Part shown: positions 8,596 to 18,900 of the stretch, in pieces
Layout: the number at the start of each line of letters is the position of its first letter
Numbering within the stretch: position 1 is the stretch's first letter
DNA from: a virus
Taxonomy: Duplodnaviria > Caudoviricetes
IMG/VR virus record: IMGVR_UViG_3300022923_001986
Location: 1 to 31,011 of that record
Length of the DNA: 31,011 nt
Strand: one strand, 5' to 3'
The notes under the pieces: generated by a model
What the model saw: only the letters and a program-made list of their open reading frames with translations
The model's database searches: none
What the model was told of the DNA's origin: nothing
Translations under genes and position numbers: made by a program

Positions 8596-10286
8596 TGAAA
8601 AAGAAAATCTTATTTCATTCAAACTCTGCTAAAGCGTTTACTGGATTTGGTAAAAACGCAAAAAATATTCTTTTATACCTACAAAAAACAGGTAAATACG
8701 AAATCATTGAATTCGCAAACGGAATTCAGTGGGGAGACCCATCTTTAAAACTTAGACCTTGGAAAGCTCAAGGGTCTTTACCAAATAACCCAGAAATTTT
8801 AAGACGATTACAATCAGACCCACAAAAAGGGCGCGATGCTGGCTATGGTGGAGCAACGATAGACCAAGCTATTCAAGAATATAAACCAGATATTTATGTT
8901 GGAGTAGAGGATATTTGGGCATTTGAAGGTTATTGGAATAAACCTTGGTGGAATAAAATCAACCATATGATTTGGACCACATTAGATAGTCAGCCAATTT
9001 TACCACAAGCTGTCGAAGCTATAAAAAAAACAAAAAACTTCTATACTTGGGCTTCTTTTGCGGAGAGGGATCTCAAAAAGATGGGGCATGAAAACGCCGC
9101 TACGTTACACGGATCTGTTAGCACCGAAGATTTTTATCGTTTTAATAGAGTAGACAAAGAGCATTTAAGAAATAAATTTAATCTATCGGACAGTTTTGTT
9201 GTAGGATTCGTTTTTAGAAATCAATTACGAAAAAGTGTTCCAAATTTATTGGAGGGATTTAAAATATTCAAAAGAGATTGCCCCAAAGCGAAGTTGTTAC
9301 TCCATACTCATTGGTCGGAGGGTTGGGACATACCAAGATTGATAAAAGAAAAAGATATTGACCCAAAAGATATTCTAACAACCTATTTTTGCTCAGCTTG
9401 TGGGGAATATGAGGTCCGCCCCTTCACTGGGCAGGAACAAAAATGTAGATTTTGCGGTACAGAAAAATCATTAAACACCACAAATGTTAAAGCTGGTGTT
9501 AACGAAAAGCAACTTAATGAAATATATAACTTGATGGATGTTTATTGTCACCCATTTACAAGTGGTGGCATGGAAATACCTATTTTTGAAGCTAAGTTAA
9601 CAGAGCTGGTGACACTAGTAACAAACTATTCGTGTGGGGAGGATTCTTCTACTCTAGAGAGCGGTAGTTTGCCGCTTGATTGGTCCGAGTATAGAGAGCC
9701 AGGGACTCAGTTTATTAAAGCTTCCACTTACCCATCTAGCATAGCCAAACAATTAAAAAAGGTTTGGAAGATGGATGCTAATAAAATCTATCAAATTGGA
9801 GTGAAAGCGAGACAGTGGACTATTGACAATTATTCTATACCCGTAATTGGCAAAAAACTAGAAAAGATATTCGATTCTATGCCTTGTGCAAATTATGACT
9901 TTGATCTAGAGCAAAAAGATACAGAAAAAAATGATCTAATTAATTTTTTAGATGATGGAGATAGATTGGCTATAGTTATGCCTAGATCTGCTGGAGATGT
10001 ACTTTGGATTAATTCTTTAATAGATAATGTTAAAAGTTTGTATCCAACACATGATATTTATGTATTCTCGGAACCTCAATTTTTTGACTACATAGAAGAC
10101 CACCCAGACGTTCATAAAGTTCTTCAATATTGTCAGGAAATAGATGATTTGCATTTTCTAGAGGGTAGAGGTACTCATGCTGGTTTTTTCGACCTAGCCT
10201 TCTTACCTCATTGTGGCACACAAAAATTTCACAACTACCACCACAATGGCAAAGACAAAACACAATTAAAGTTATATGAAAATTAA
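8595..10286 (+). CDS. GT4-family glycosyltransferase with CxxC..CxxC insert and a C-terminal GT9 N-terminal-like domain
   Basis: TGFG near the N-terminus, FRNQLRKSVPNLLEGF, LNEIYNLMDVYCHPFTSGGMEIPIFEA (GT-B). C-terminal LAIVMPRSAGDVL...LYPTHDIYVF...HPDVHKV. Confidence 0.85.
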   Translation: MKKKILFHSNSAKAFTGFGKNAKNILLYLQKTGKYEIIEFANGIQWGDPSLKLRPWKAQGSLPNNPEILRRLQSDPQKGRDAGYGGATIDQAIQEYKPDIYVGVEDIWAFEGYWNKPWWNKINHMIWTTLDSQPILPQAVEAIKKTKNFYTWASFAERDLKKMGHENAATLHGSVSTEDFYRFNRVDKEHLRNKFNLSDSFVVGFVFRNQLRKSVPNLLEGFKIFKRDCPKAKLLLHTHWSEGWDIPRLIKEKDIDPKDILTTYFCSACGEYEVRPFTGQEQKCRFCGTEKSLNTTNVKAGVNEKQLNEIYNLMDVYCHPFTSGGMEIPIFEAKLTELVTLVTNYSCGEDSSTLESGSLPLDWSEYREPGTQFIKASTYPSSIAKQLKKVWKMDANKIYQIGVKARQWTIDNYSIPVIGKKLEKIFDSMPCANYDFDLEQKDTEKNDLINFLDDGDRLAIVMPRSAGDVLWINSLIDNVKSLYPTHDIYVFSEPQFFDYIEDHPDVHKVLQYCQEIDDLHFLEGRGTHAGFFDLAFLPHCGTQKFHNYHHNGKDKTQLKLYEN

Positions 10287-10683
10287 AATACCCATATCAA
10301 TTGGAGAACTTATTGATAAGTTAACTATTCTTGAAATTAAAAAACAGAAAATCTCTGATCCAAAAAAGTTAAAAAATATTAAAACCGAGTACAATGAATT
10401 AAAAAAATTCTATGAAGAAGTTTCTTTAAACAACGAGGTGGTTGATAATTTGTTAGAGTTGATAGCTCTCAAAGCCGACCTCTTTGAAATAAACAGATCT
10501 TTATGGGTTATAGAGGATAACATCAGAGAAAAGGAAAGACTTAAAGACTTTGGCCCAGATTTCATTAGATTAGCTAGAGATGTTTATCATGCGAATGATA
10601 TTAGGTTTTCATGCAAAAACGAAATAAATATTTTATTTAATTCACACATTAGAGAAGAAAAATCATATGAGTCATATAGCTGA
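10276..10683 (+). CDS. DUF6165-like helical protein
   Basis: IPISIGELIDKLTILEIK...INRSLWVIEDNIREKE...FIRLARDVYHANDIR...K..IN...EEKSY pattern. Confidence 0.75.
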   Translation: MKIKIPISIGELIDKLTILEIKKQKISDPKKLKNIKTEYNELKKFYEEVSLNNEVVDNLLELIALKADLFEINRSLWVIEDNIREKERLKDFGPDFIRLARDVYHANDIRFSCKNEINILFNSHIREEKSYESYS

Positions 10684-11809
10684 AGTTTACGCAAAAGATC
10701 TGGGGGTCAAAATTGGCCGCCCACATATCACAGAACATTTTATACCAGGAGTTCCTGATAAATATATTACTATACAGTCCTCTAATAAAGTACCCTCCGC
10801 TGAATATAAATACTGGGACATTGTTTTGCAGCTTGTCAAACCATATTTAGAAAAACAAAAAATCAAAATCCTACAAATAGGAGGGCCTAAAGAAAAAAAA
10901 GTAAAAGGAGCAGATGAATATTTTTTAGGTTCAAGCTTTAAACAGATGAATTATATCATCAAAAAAGCATCAGCGCATATAGGTTGTGATAGTTTGCCTG
11001 GGCATGTATCTAGTGTTTACGACATACCTTCTGTTATTTTGCACTTTAACTTGTATTCGGAAAATTCAAAACCCATCTGGCACAAAAAAAGCAAATGCAT
11101 TAGCCTTTCTCCAGATTTTTCCAAAGTAAAACCATCTTTTTCGGCCACATGTAATAGAATAAATGAAATAAAACCAGAATTAATTGCCCAATCTCTTTTG
11201 GACCAATTAGATATCAAATCTAAAATAAATTTTAATACACTTCGCATAGGGGATCTGTTTGAAAATAATACAATAGAAATTGTCCCGAACTTTTTTATAG
11301 AACATCAAGATTTTATCGGTAAAGCTATTAACGTTAAAGCTGATATTCATTTTGATATGAATAATATTTTTAATTGGAGTAGAACATCCAAAGTTAATCT
11401 ATGGTTGGATAGGTCTTTAACAAAACAAGAGATTAATAATTGCGCCAACATTAAACAAGTAACTTTCGAATATTCGAGTAAGAATGAAGAGGAAGACCTC
11501 AATGAGTTTTTCAAAAATCTCAAAAACAGAAAAATAAATTTAATTGTTGTAGTTAGAGACGAAAAAATTCTATCTGGAGTTAGATCAAAATATTTTGATT
11601 ACAATGTTATTTTTGAAGATAAAAGAAATTACCCCAACAAAGAAATACCAAAAAACTGCAAATTCTTGTCTAAAAAAATGTTTATAACTAATGGTAAATG
11701 TTACCCTTCTCGTTTTTCTGCAAAAAAACTTGACACTTCTAATGATTTTGTTTATGATGAGGACTCATCTAAAGAATTAGAAAATTTATATCTATATGAA
11801 GAAAAATAA
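10667..11809 (+). CDS. GT9 (heptosyltransferase-like) C-terminal domain protein with an extra C-terminal domain
   Basis: KYITIQ...KYWDIV...LQIGG...IIKKASAHIGCDSLPGHVSSVYDIPSVIL matches the GT9 DSGxxHxA motif region. Confidence 0.75.
   Translation: MSHIAEVYAKDLGVKIGRPHITEHFIPGVPDKYITIQSSNKVPSAEYKYWDIVLQLVKPYLEKQKIKILQIGGPKEKKVKGADEYFLGSSFKQMNYIIKKASAHIGCDSLPGHVSSVYDIPSVILHFNLYSENSKPIWHKKSKCISLSPDFSKVKPSFSATCNRINEIKPELIAQSLLDQLDIKSKINFNTLRIGDLFENNTIEIVPNFFIEHQDFIGKAINVKADIHFDMNNIFNWSRTSKVNLWLDRSLTKQEINNCANIKQVTFEYSSKNEEEDLNEFFKNLKNRKINLIVVVRDEKILSGVRSKYFDYNVIFEDKRNYPNKEIPKNCKFLSKKMFITNGKCYPSRFSAKKLDTSNDFVYDEDSSKELENLYLYEEK
11730..11758 (+). promoter_or_regulatory. Internal sigma70-type promoter for the next gene
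   Basis: TTGACA-17 nt-TATGAT upstream of ATG 11796. Confidence 0.5.
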
Positions 11810-12545
11810 AATATACGGCCCAGATCTATGGAAGCGCAACGAACACGGACTACTAGAGTCTGTTGAATACACATTTAACGAGGATGGTTCGGTGAATTGG
11901 CGAGCTATGATTAGCCCAGAACACCTATACCCAAACAAAGATCATTTTGAGATGCGTAAGATGCCTCTCCCAGAATCTATTGAGGGGTTAGAGGACAACC
12001 AGCTTCTAATTAAGCTCGGTGGAATTAAAGAGTTAGCTAAACTTCGAGGTATTAAAAGCGTAGGGTACAATGTAGAAGAAAGTTCTGATGAACGATCAGT
12101 GGTTCGTTGTATCGTGGAATTTATTGCTAATTATGAAAACCCAGATTCAGAAGGTCTTGGTCTTAGTTTTTCCTCCATCGCTAACGCTACAGTCCACAAC
12201 ACAAACGGGTTTGCCGCAAAGTTCCTAGAATGTATTGCTGAGAATCGTGCTTTTGTCCGCACTGTTCGTAATTTCTTGGGTATTCATATTGTTGGGGCAG
12301 ATGAAATCGATACCTCAAGAAACAAAGCCCCAATTGTTGTCGCACCTAGTTCTGGAGCGAAGGATATTAGCCCACAGGGGATTTTAAAAGACAAGGCGGG
12401 TGTTAGCTTCGAATCCTTTATTAAGAAGCTTCGTGGCCTTTATACGGACAAGGCCTATGAAAACGACCCAGAAGTAATTAAAACTTGGAAAAATTACAAA
12501 GATATCCCAGCGAAAGAATGTCGGAAACTGCTAAAGTTGATTTAA
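11796..12545 (+). CDS. Hypothetical protein, possibly a Rad52/Sak/Erf-like single-strand annealing protein
   Basis: GGIKELA...ANAT...IAENRAFVRTVRNFLGI...DEI resembles the SSAP helix motif; flexible linker and small C-terminal domain. Confidence 0.45.
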   Translation: MKKNKIYGPDLWKRNEHGLLESVEYTFNEDGSVNWRAMISPEHLYPNKDHFEMRKMPLPESIEGLEDNQLLIKLGGIKELAKLRGIKSVGYNVEESSDERSVVRCIVEFIANYENPDSEGLGLSFSSIANATVHNTNGFAAKFLECIAENRAFVRTVRNFLGIHIVGADEIDTSRNKAPIVVAPSSGAKDISPQGILKDKAGVSFESFIKKLRGLYTDKAYENDPEVIKTWKNYKDIPAKECRKLLKLI

Positions 12546-12991
12546 AAAACGGCATATGTAAAATAGAGTTAATTGAAGATTTAGTTTTATTTACAAAAGA
12601 AATGTATGTTAAAATTGGCAAGCATACTCATTTCGGATGTGAATTGAACGTGTCTTCTTTTAACTCTTATTTTTCCAACCCGCAAAGATTTAAAGATTGT
12701 TTTTGTTTTGGATACTTTATTAACGGCGAATTAGTTAGTTATATAGTATGGATGAAAACTTATGACGCTAGAGTTAATAAAAAAATTATACAAGAATATA
12801 TGTGGGTATCTGACCCCAACACAAAAGGTTATGGCATTAAATTATTTAAAAAAAGTTTAGAATATATAAAAAATATATATAAATTTGATATAGTTTTAGT
12901 AGGAAATAGCGAGAAAAACTCTAAGTTAGAAAAATTCTACATAAGAAATGGTTTTAAACTAGAGAGCAAAGCGTTTTACAAAGTTAATTAA
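12518..12991 (+). CDS. GNAT-family acetyltransferase
   Basis: WVSDPNTKGYGIKLF (motif A) and NSKLEKFYIRNGFK (motif B). Start codon uncertain. Confidence 0.7.
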   Translation: MSETAKVDLKNGICKIELIEDLVLFTKEMYVKIGKHTHFGCELNVSSFNSYFSNPQRFKDCFCFGYFINGELVSYIVWMKTYDARVNKKIIQEYMWVSDPNTKGYGIKLFKKSLEYIKNIYKFDIVLVGNSEKNSKLEKFYIRNGFKLESKAFYKVN

Positions 12992-12993
12992 AA

Positions 12994-15900
12994 TTAACCT
13001 ATAAGAAAAGCTTCTCTTTGCCCATTTGCGTTTAACAGACAACTTATTTCAAATTCGGTTAAATCAGAATTCTCTGGAAATTGTAACTTGTTAGCGTTTA
13101 CTTGGTTAAGTTCGCTACTTGAAGTTCTCATTGGTATAGAACTCTCTACACTAACAATACCATTAGTTCTTATCATAAATTCAGCTCTCCAATCTAAAGG
13201 TATATCATTCACTATATATATATTAACAGGATCAGCAAATATACTAACAGGTTCATCTGATTGTGCATATGCAAGATCTAATGCGTTAGATCTTTCAATG
13301 GTAGTTTGGCCCGATCCTGTAATAGTTAAACTAGTAGGAAATCCATAAAACATTTGAGCGGCGACTGATTGTGAAACCTGGCCAGTTTTGATATAATCTT
13401 TTGGCAAGGCTTTGTAATATATAAAGTCCGTGTTTTCAAGTCCTGGTACAACCTCTATATCTTCAGCTAATACAGACACTTGTAAAACTTCACCCACCCC
13501 AGTAACTGAGACATCATTTGTTGCGACTAAATTGGTACTCTCCAAATAATCAACCGAGAAATCTGGTGTTTCTCCAGTGTATATAGCTACTTGTTTTATG
13601 TTTATAGCTCCACTGCCACCCAAATCAGCTTCAAGATCAATTTCAAAAAGAACTTGCTTTTCAACTATATCAAAATCAACTATATATTGTAGACCTGAGC
13701 CAGTTGGTGCGTAAATTGAATTAGCTCCGAAACTTCTTATATCGCTGATTCCATAATCAGGGAACGTCACGGAAAAAGAAGCTTCCCCACTACTAAATTC
13801 TGGACTAAAACCACCCACGAAAAAATCAAGTTTATAGCCTTCTGTTAGTGGGTGAGAACCTATACTTACTTCATCTAACCTGTTTACGCTACCAGATGTA
13901 CCTATTTGTAAAAAATTAAAATCAACGTTTGTCCCTGTGTAATTCCTAACATCTCGATTAATACTGCCAATTACATCGATATCGCCGTCTAATATGTTAT
14001 TAGAAGAATCAATCAAATTTGGAAATTCTTTAAAACCTATAACAAATTCAGCTTCAGGATTGCCTGAGAGATCTGAAAAACCTCCATCTGCAGAATTGTA
14101 ATAATTATTCTCTACTTTTTCCTTAATTATCGCTGCATACTTACCCATACGCCCTTGGTGAAGAGGTCCTACTCCAAATAAACTGGTTGGTTCGTTTAAT
14201 AATTGACAGACATTGGTTGGGTGATTTAAAGATCTAGGGAGATATGGATATAAACCTGAAAAATCTGGTTCAGTACTCTCTGAAGATGTCCCTGGGTATT
14301 TCTCCCAAATATAATTTGGCTGGTGTTCATCCCAGGGGTATGTCGGATACCCTTGCAAGAGCCAACCTGTTTTATAATAAGATGGGCTACTAGGATCATC
14401 ATCCGTCAATACCCAAGAATATCTAGTGTTAGTAGGTTGGTAACTTACTTTTACTTTTAAACCAGTCGTGGTTAAATTTTCAAAAACATTAGTTTTACCG
14501 ACAGAGGCATATGTATCAGCCTTATAATATCCACTATAATATCCATCAAAAGTATTTAAATTTCTTGGCGCTTGGATAGAGTAATAGTCTATATCGGGCG
14601 TACCAAATGTAGCGTCCTCCAGATACCAAGAATCACTGCTCTGCCAAGGGTATGGCCAATAAAATGAAGCAATAAAACCTGTTTTATTGTAAGATGGGCT
14701 ACCTGGATCTCTATCTACCATTGTCCACCGATTCAAATTCCCAGATACGTTTTGGCTAAATTCAAACCTGAAACCGCTGAAATTTACGTTTTCATATATT
14801 CCGCCAAGGCCACCCGCAGTGACAAACCCTGTATAATCTCCACTCAAAGCGTTCGTATTACCAAAAGTATTAAACGCATCACCTATACCTGATAAATAAA
14901 AACCAGTGACATCATCATTATTATAATACCCACTCAACGCTACACCAACACCAGTCAAGTAAAACCCTGTTACGACTTCACCATCTCTGAGGTCTGATAT
15001 ATCTACGCTGATATTTTCCACGCCATTCAAATAAGTAGTCATTACCGCTTGCTCTCTATCCATAGAAACCTGAAGCATTTTTGGAGTTTCATCGTTTAGC
15101 GTTGTCTCCCCCGTAATAGCTAAATACTTAAAAGTTTCGTTGATGAAACTAATATAATTTTTTCCGTCACCAGACTGAAACCAAGAAAACTTACCAGGGA
15201 AGTTTATAAGAGACTGTTTATCCTCAAGATCCGATTGAAATGTACCCCAAGTTAACATAGAGAAATTACCAGTGCCTACTTCAGCTTCAAATTGAATTCT
15301 ATCACTGTTAAAATCGTCTGCTACACTTAACCCAGCTATATCGTCTAATCCAGTTTGTAAAGCATTTTGCCTTACAGTGTTTTTTGTGCCATGCCTTTCT
15401 ACAGTAAAAAATATATCATCATATCCGACATAGTCTTCAACTCTTTGGCACAAAACAGAATAATCGTTATAATCAAATCTATAAGATGGTCCACCGTAAC
15501 CGTTTAAAATTGGGGTACTATCAAATAATACATTATCATCTTGGATGGTATTGTAATTGATGCTTTTGACACCTGGATAGCTAGAAGACAAAACATTAAA
15601 AGTTTCTTCCGCTGCTGCTATGTAAGCTAATATACCAGTTCCACTAGCTATCTCTAAATCAGCTTGGAAAGCTTTATAGAAAAACCCACTTGTACTAATT
15701 CCAGTTATGCATGTTTCAGAAAATAAATCTTCTATATCTTGGTCAGGTTCTTGGGACTGCAAAAATACAATAGGGGGAGCGTCAAAATATTCTACAAATT
15801 CGACAAATTTATAATCATCTTGATAAGAATTTGTTACGTAATTAATTTCTATTCTTTTTAGCGCATTTTCAAGAAGAAATATGCCTGTTTTGGAAGCTAT

Positions 15901-18900
15901 ATAAGTATGATTGCTATCTCTATCAGAAACACCAGTTACCACAAAACCATTCGCTTGGCCAGAAACTCGACCTATTTTATTTAAATAATTTGTTTGCCCA
16001 TCTGACTGGAAATTCGTTTCTTGCGTGGTAAATACTACAGGCGGTTCACTGAAAGATCTTTCAAATGGTATGAGTTGTTGTGTCGATAAACCGCCAGTCA
16101 GTGTGAAGCTATTAACTTCAAAGTCTATATTTGGAGGCACTTGATATCTTTTGACGCCAGTATACTGAACAGCATCGTTTAATTCTTCAACTGTTATATC
16201 AAACCTCTCTTCACTTCTAAGTGTTTTGAAGTTTTCTTTAACAAGGGTTCCGTCAATTTTTCTTAAATTTAATATCTGGCCAGATATTTCGTTTAATATT
16301 TCATAGCCGCTTCCACCAAAGATATCCTCAAAACTCGATTCAAAAGTAGAAATTTCACCCGTTCCCTCTGGATATTTATTTATACCTTGGCCAATTCTAG
16401 TGCTATCACTATAAGTAGAGGGGAAAAAACTAGATTCAAGAGAAATATTTTGATAATCGAAAAAAGAATCATTAGTTGTAAAATTAAAATCACTAAGTTG
16501 TGTGGTAAAAACTAAAGTTGTAGATAACAAACTTCTTGCAGCAACAGGTTTTGAGTTTTCAGAAAAAACTGTTACTTCGTATTCCCCCAATTGGTCTACG
16601 CTAGATTCGTCATCAAGAGTAACCGATGTACTCGAACCTTGGCTTTTAGACACTTCTGTTTGAATAGTTTTTCCACCAGGCTCTGTTAAAAATATAACGT
16701 ATTTTTGTGGAATTTTTGAAGTTGGGTCATTTATACTAATATTTAAATTCAATTTATTATTAGATTGTCTCGAAAAACTAACAAAATTTACAGCACTTGG
16801 CGCATTTGGCCTATTTATTTCTGTTATTTTTAAATCTGGCTGAAAAGTATCTGTATTTAAATCGTAATTTACGCCCTTTTCTACATAAGCGAATTTTCCA
16901 GTATGATGTATGGTTGCAGTTATGCCAATGCCGCCCTCAGCAACTTCGCTTGTTGATAATACTCTATAATATTTTTGATCTATACCACTTACGTCTATAG
17001 AATAAGCTGATCCATAATTAATATTGGCGCTATTTTCTGCAAACCACTGACTTGATCCAGATCCATTAAGGTAATCATTCAATCCGTCTATATGTATAGC
17101 TATACCACTATCACATGGGTCCCAACTAATGCCAGAACCGCCAGGTTTAATTTTTAAAGATATAATCTGAGGTCTATTGATATCTCTATAAAACTCATTA
17201 CCTGATGTCGGGTTTTCATAAAAATCATCAATGGATGTTTTGCCTAATGCATTATGAACATTTATAACCCCGCCGCTAATATAAGACATTTGATCACTCA
17301 TGATCGCTGGAGAAACAATAACACTCCTTGGGCCTACACCACTAGGCGGAGAATCCTTATAAATACCATCAGGATTCTTGTAATCCGCAGTTCCAGAAGT
17401 GCCTAAAACAATACCGAAATTTTTATGGAACGATCTAATCTCATCATCAACCCTAATTATATCTCCAGGCTCAGTTAATAAACCATCAAAACCAGCAGTA
17501 AAAGATACTGTTTCTGTGGTATGCATTGATTCAAATAATATATGCCTAGCCAACCTTCTTGCTTGTGACCTTGATGTGACTCCAATCCCGTCTATAGCTT
17601 TAAAATTTAACCCAACATATTTTATTGATTCTGCGTCCTCCACATATTCTGTTCTAGCTGCATAATTGAATCTTTTATCTAAGTACGTGACCTCTACAGC
17701 TGATAGTTTTGTAGATCTATCGACGTCAGCATATGCAAAAATCCCATCCTTTACGTTTAAATTATTAAAAATTAAAACAGGCGGGTATTTCAGGTGCTTA
17801 GGGGGAACCTCTGAAAATCCATTATCAATATCAAATTGGTCAGTTCTATTAAAATCCTCGAAAATATAAGGTCTGTCAACTTTCACACTTATGGATGAGT
17901 TATGATAATACATCATAGCTAAAAACGACCGAGCTAAATCCTCGATAGCACCCATAGCTGTTTTTTGATCTGATATCAAAAGGTTACAGCTAAATCTCGG
18001 CTCCAACCCTTGCGTTCCGTCGTCCAATCCCACAAAAAAACCAGCACCGCCAGCATCAACTGTAGCCTTGCTTCCGTCATTTAAGGTGACCGCGTCGCAA
18101 TACATACCTATCTCGTAAAGAGACCATTTGTCTATTATTTCTACGTTTCTTAGGTAAGATCCTAAGCCATACCTAGTGTTCATCAACAAATCATAATAAA
18201 TCCAAGCTGGATTATCAGACCACCCAAATTTAAAAGTACCATCCCAATTTCCTTGGTATATTTCGTTTCCTAAAGTACTACCATCGACCGAAAATCTCCT
18301 ATCAGAACCATCTGCGTTGGTTGGGGTGTAATTAGATGGTATTAGAATTTTTTTTCCTTTTACTCTGAAAGTTCTTGATGGAACACTGGGAAAATACTTT
18401 GAGTCTAGCGATGTAGCTATATAAGCTGTATGAGGGTAACTAAGTCTTAATGAATTTATTTTTGTTACAGTTGTTACAGCTACATCTCTTTTGACTATAT
18501 TAGAAAAAGTTTCATGCTCTATTTTAGAAATTTTTATAAAATTATATAAATCTAATTCGTCTAATTTTGGTAAAAGAATATTTTCCAAAGAAATGGCGTA
18601 TGAGCTGGTTATAACGCCAGTAACTTTTAATCGTCCACCCGACAGTATGCTTACTCCGCTACCAGCTTTTGTCTGAAAAGTAGAGTTTGAAATGGTCTCC
18701 ACTCCCTGTTTGTCTACTTTGCCGACCTGAACCTTGAAAGTCACAGTCAGTTTTAAAGGCTGACCCATTCTACTTTTACCTCGTTTATTTTCTGCTTTGC
18801 TCGCATATGATCTAGTGTCAGATAAAGCGTCTATTTGAAGAGTAATCAACATCTGATCTATGTTTCTGTCGTAATTTTGATATGTCCAAGGTTTTTCTCT

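Noticed and set aside
12992-12993. Bidirectional terminator between the convergent GNAT and gpJ genes
   Set aside because: Only 2 nt separate the stop codons and no GC-rich hairpin is visible.
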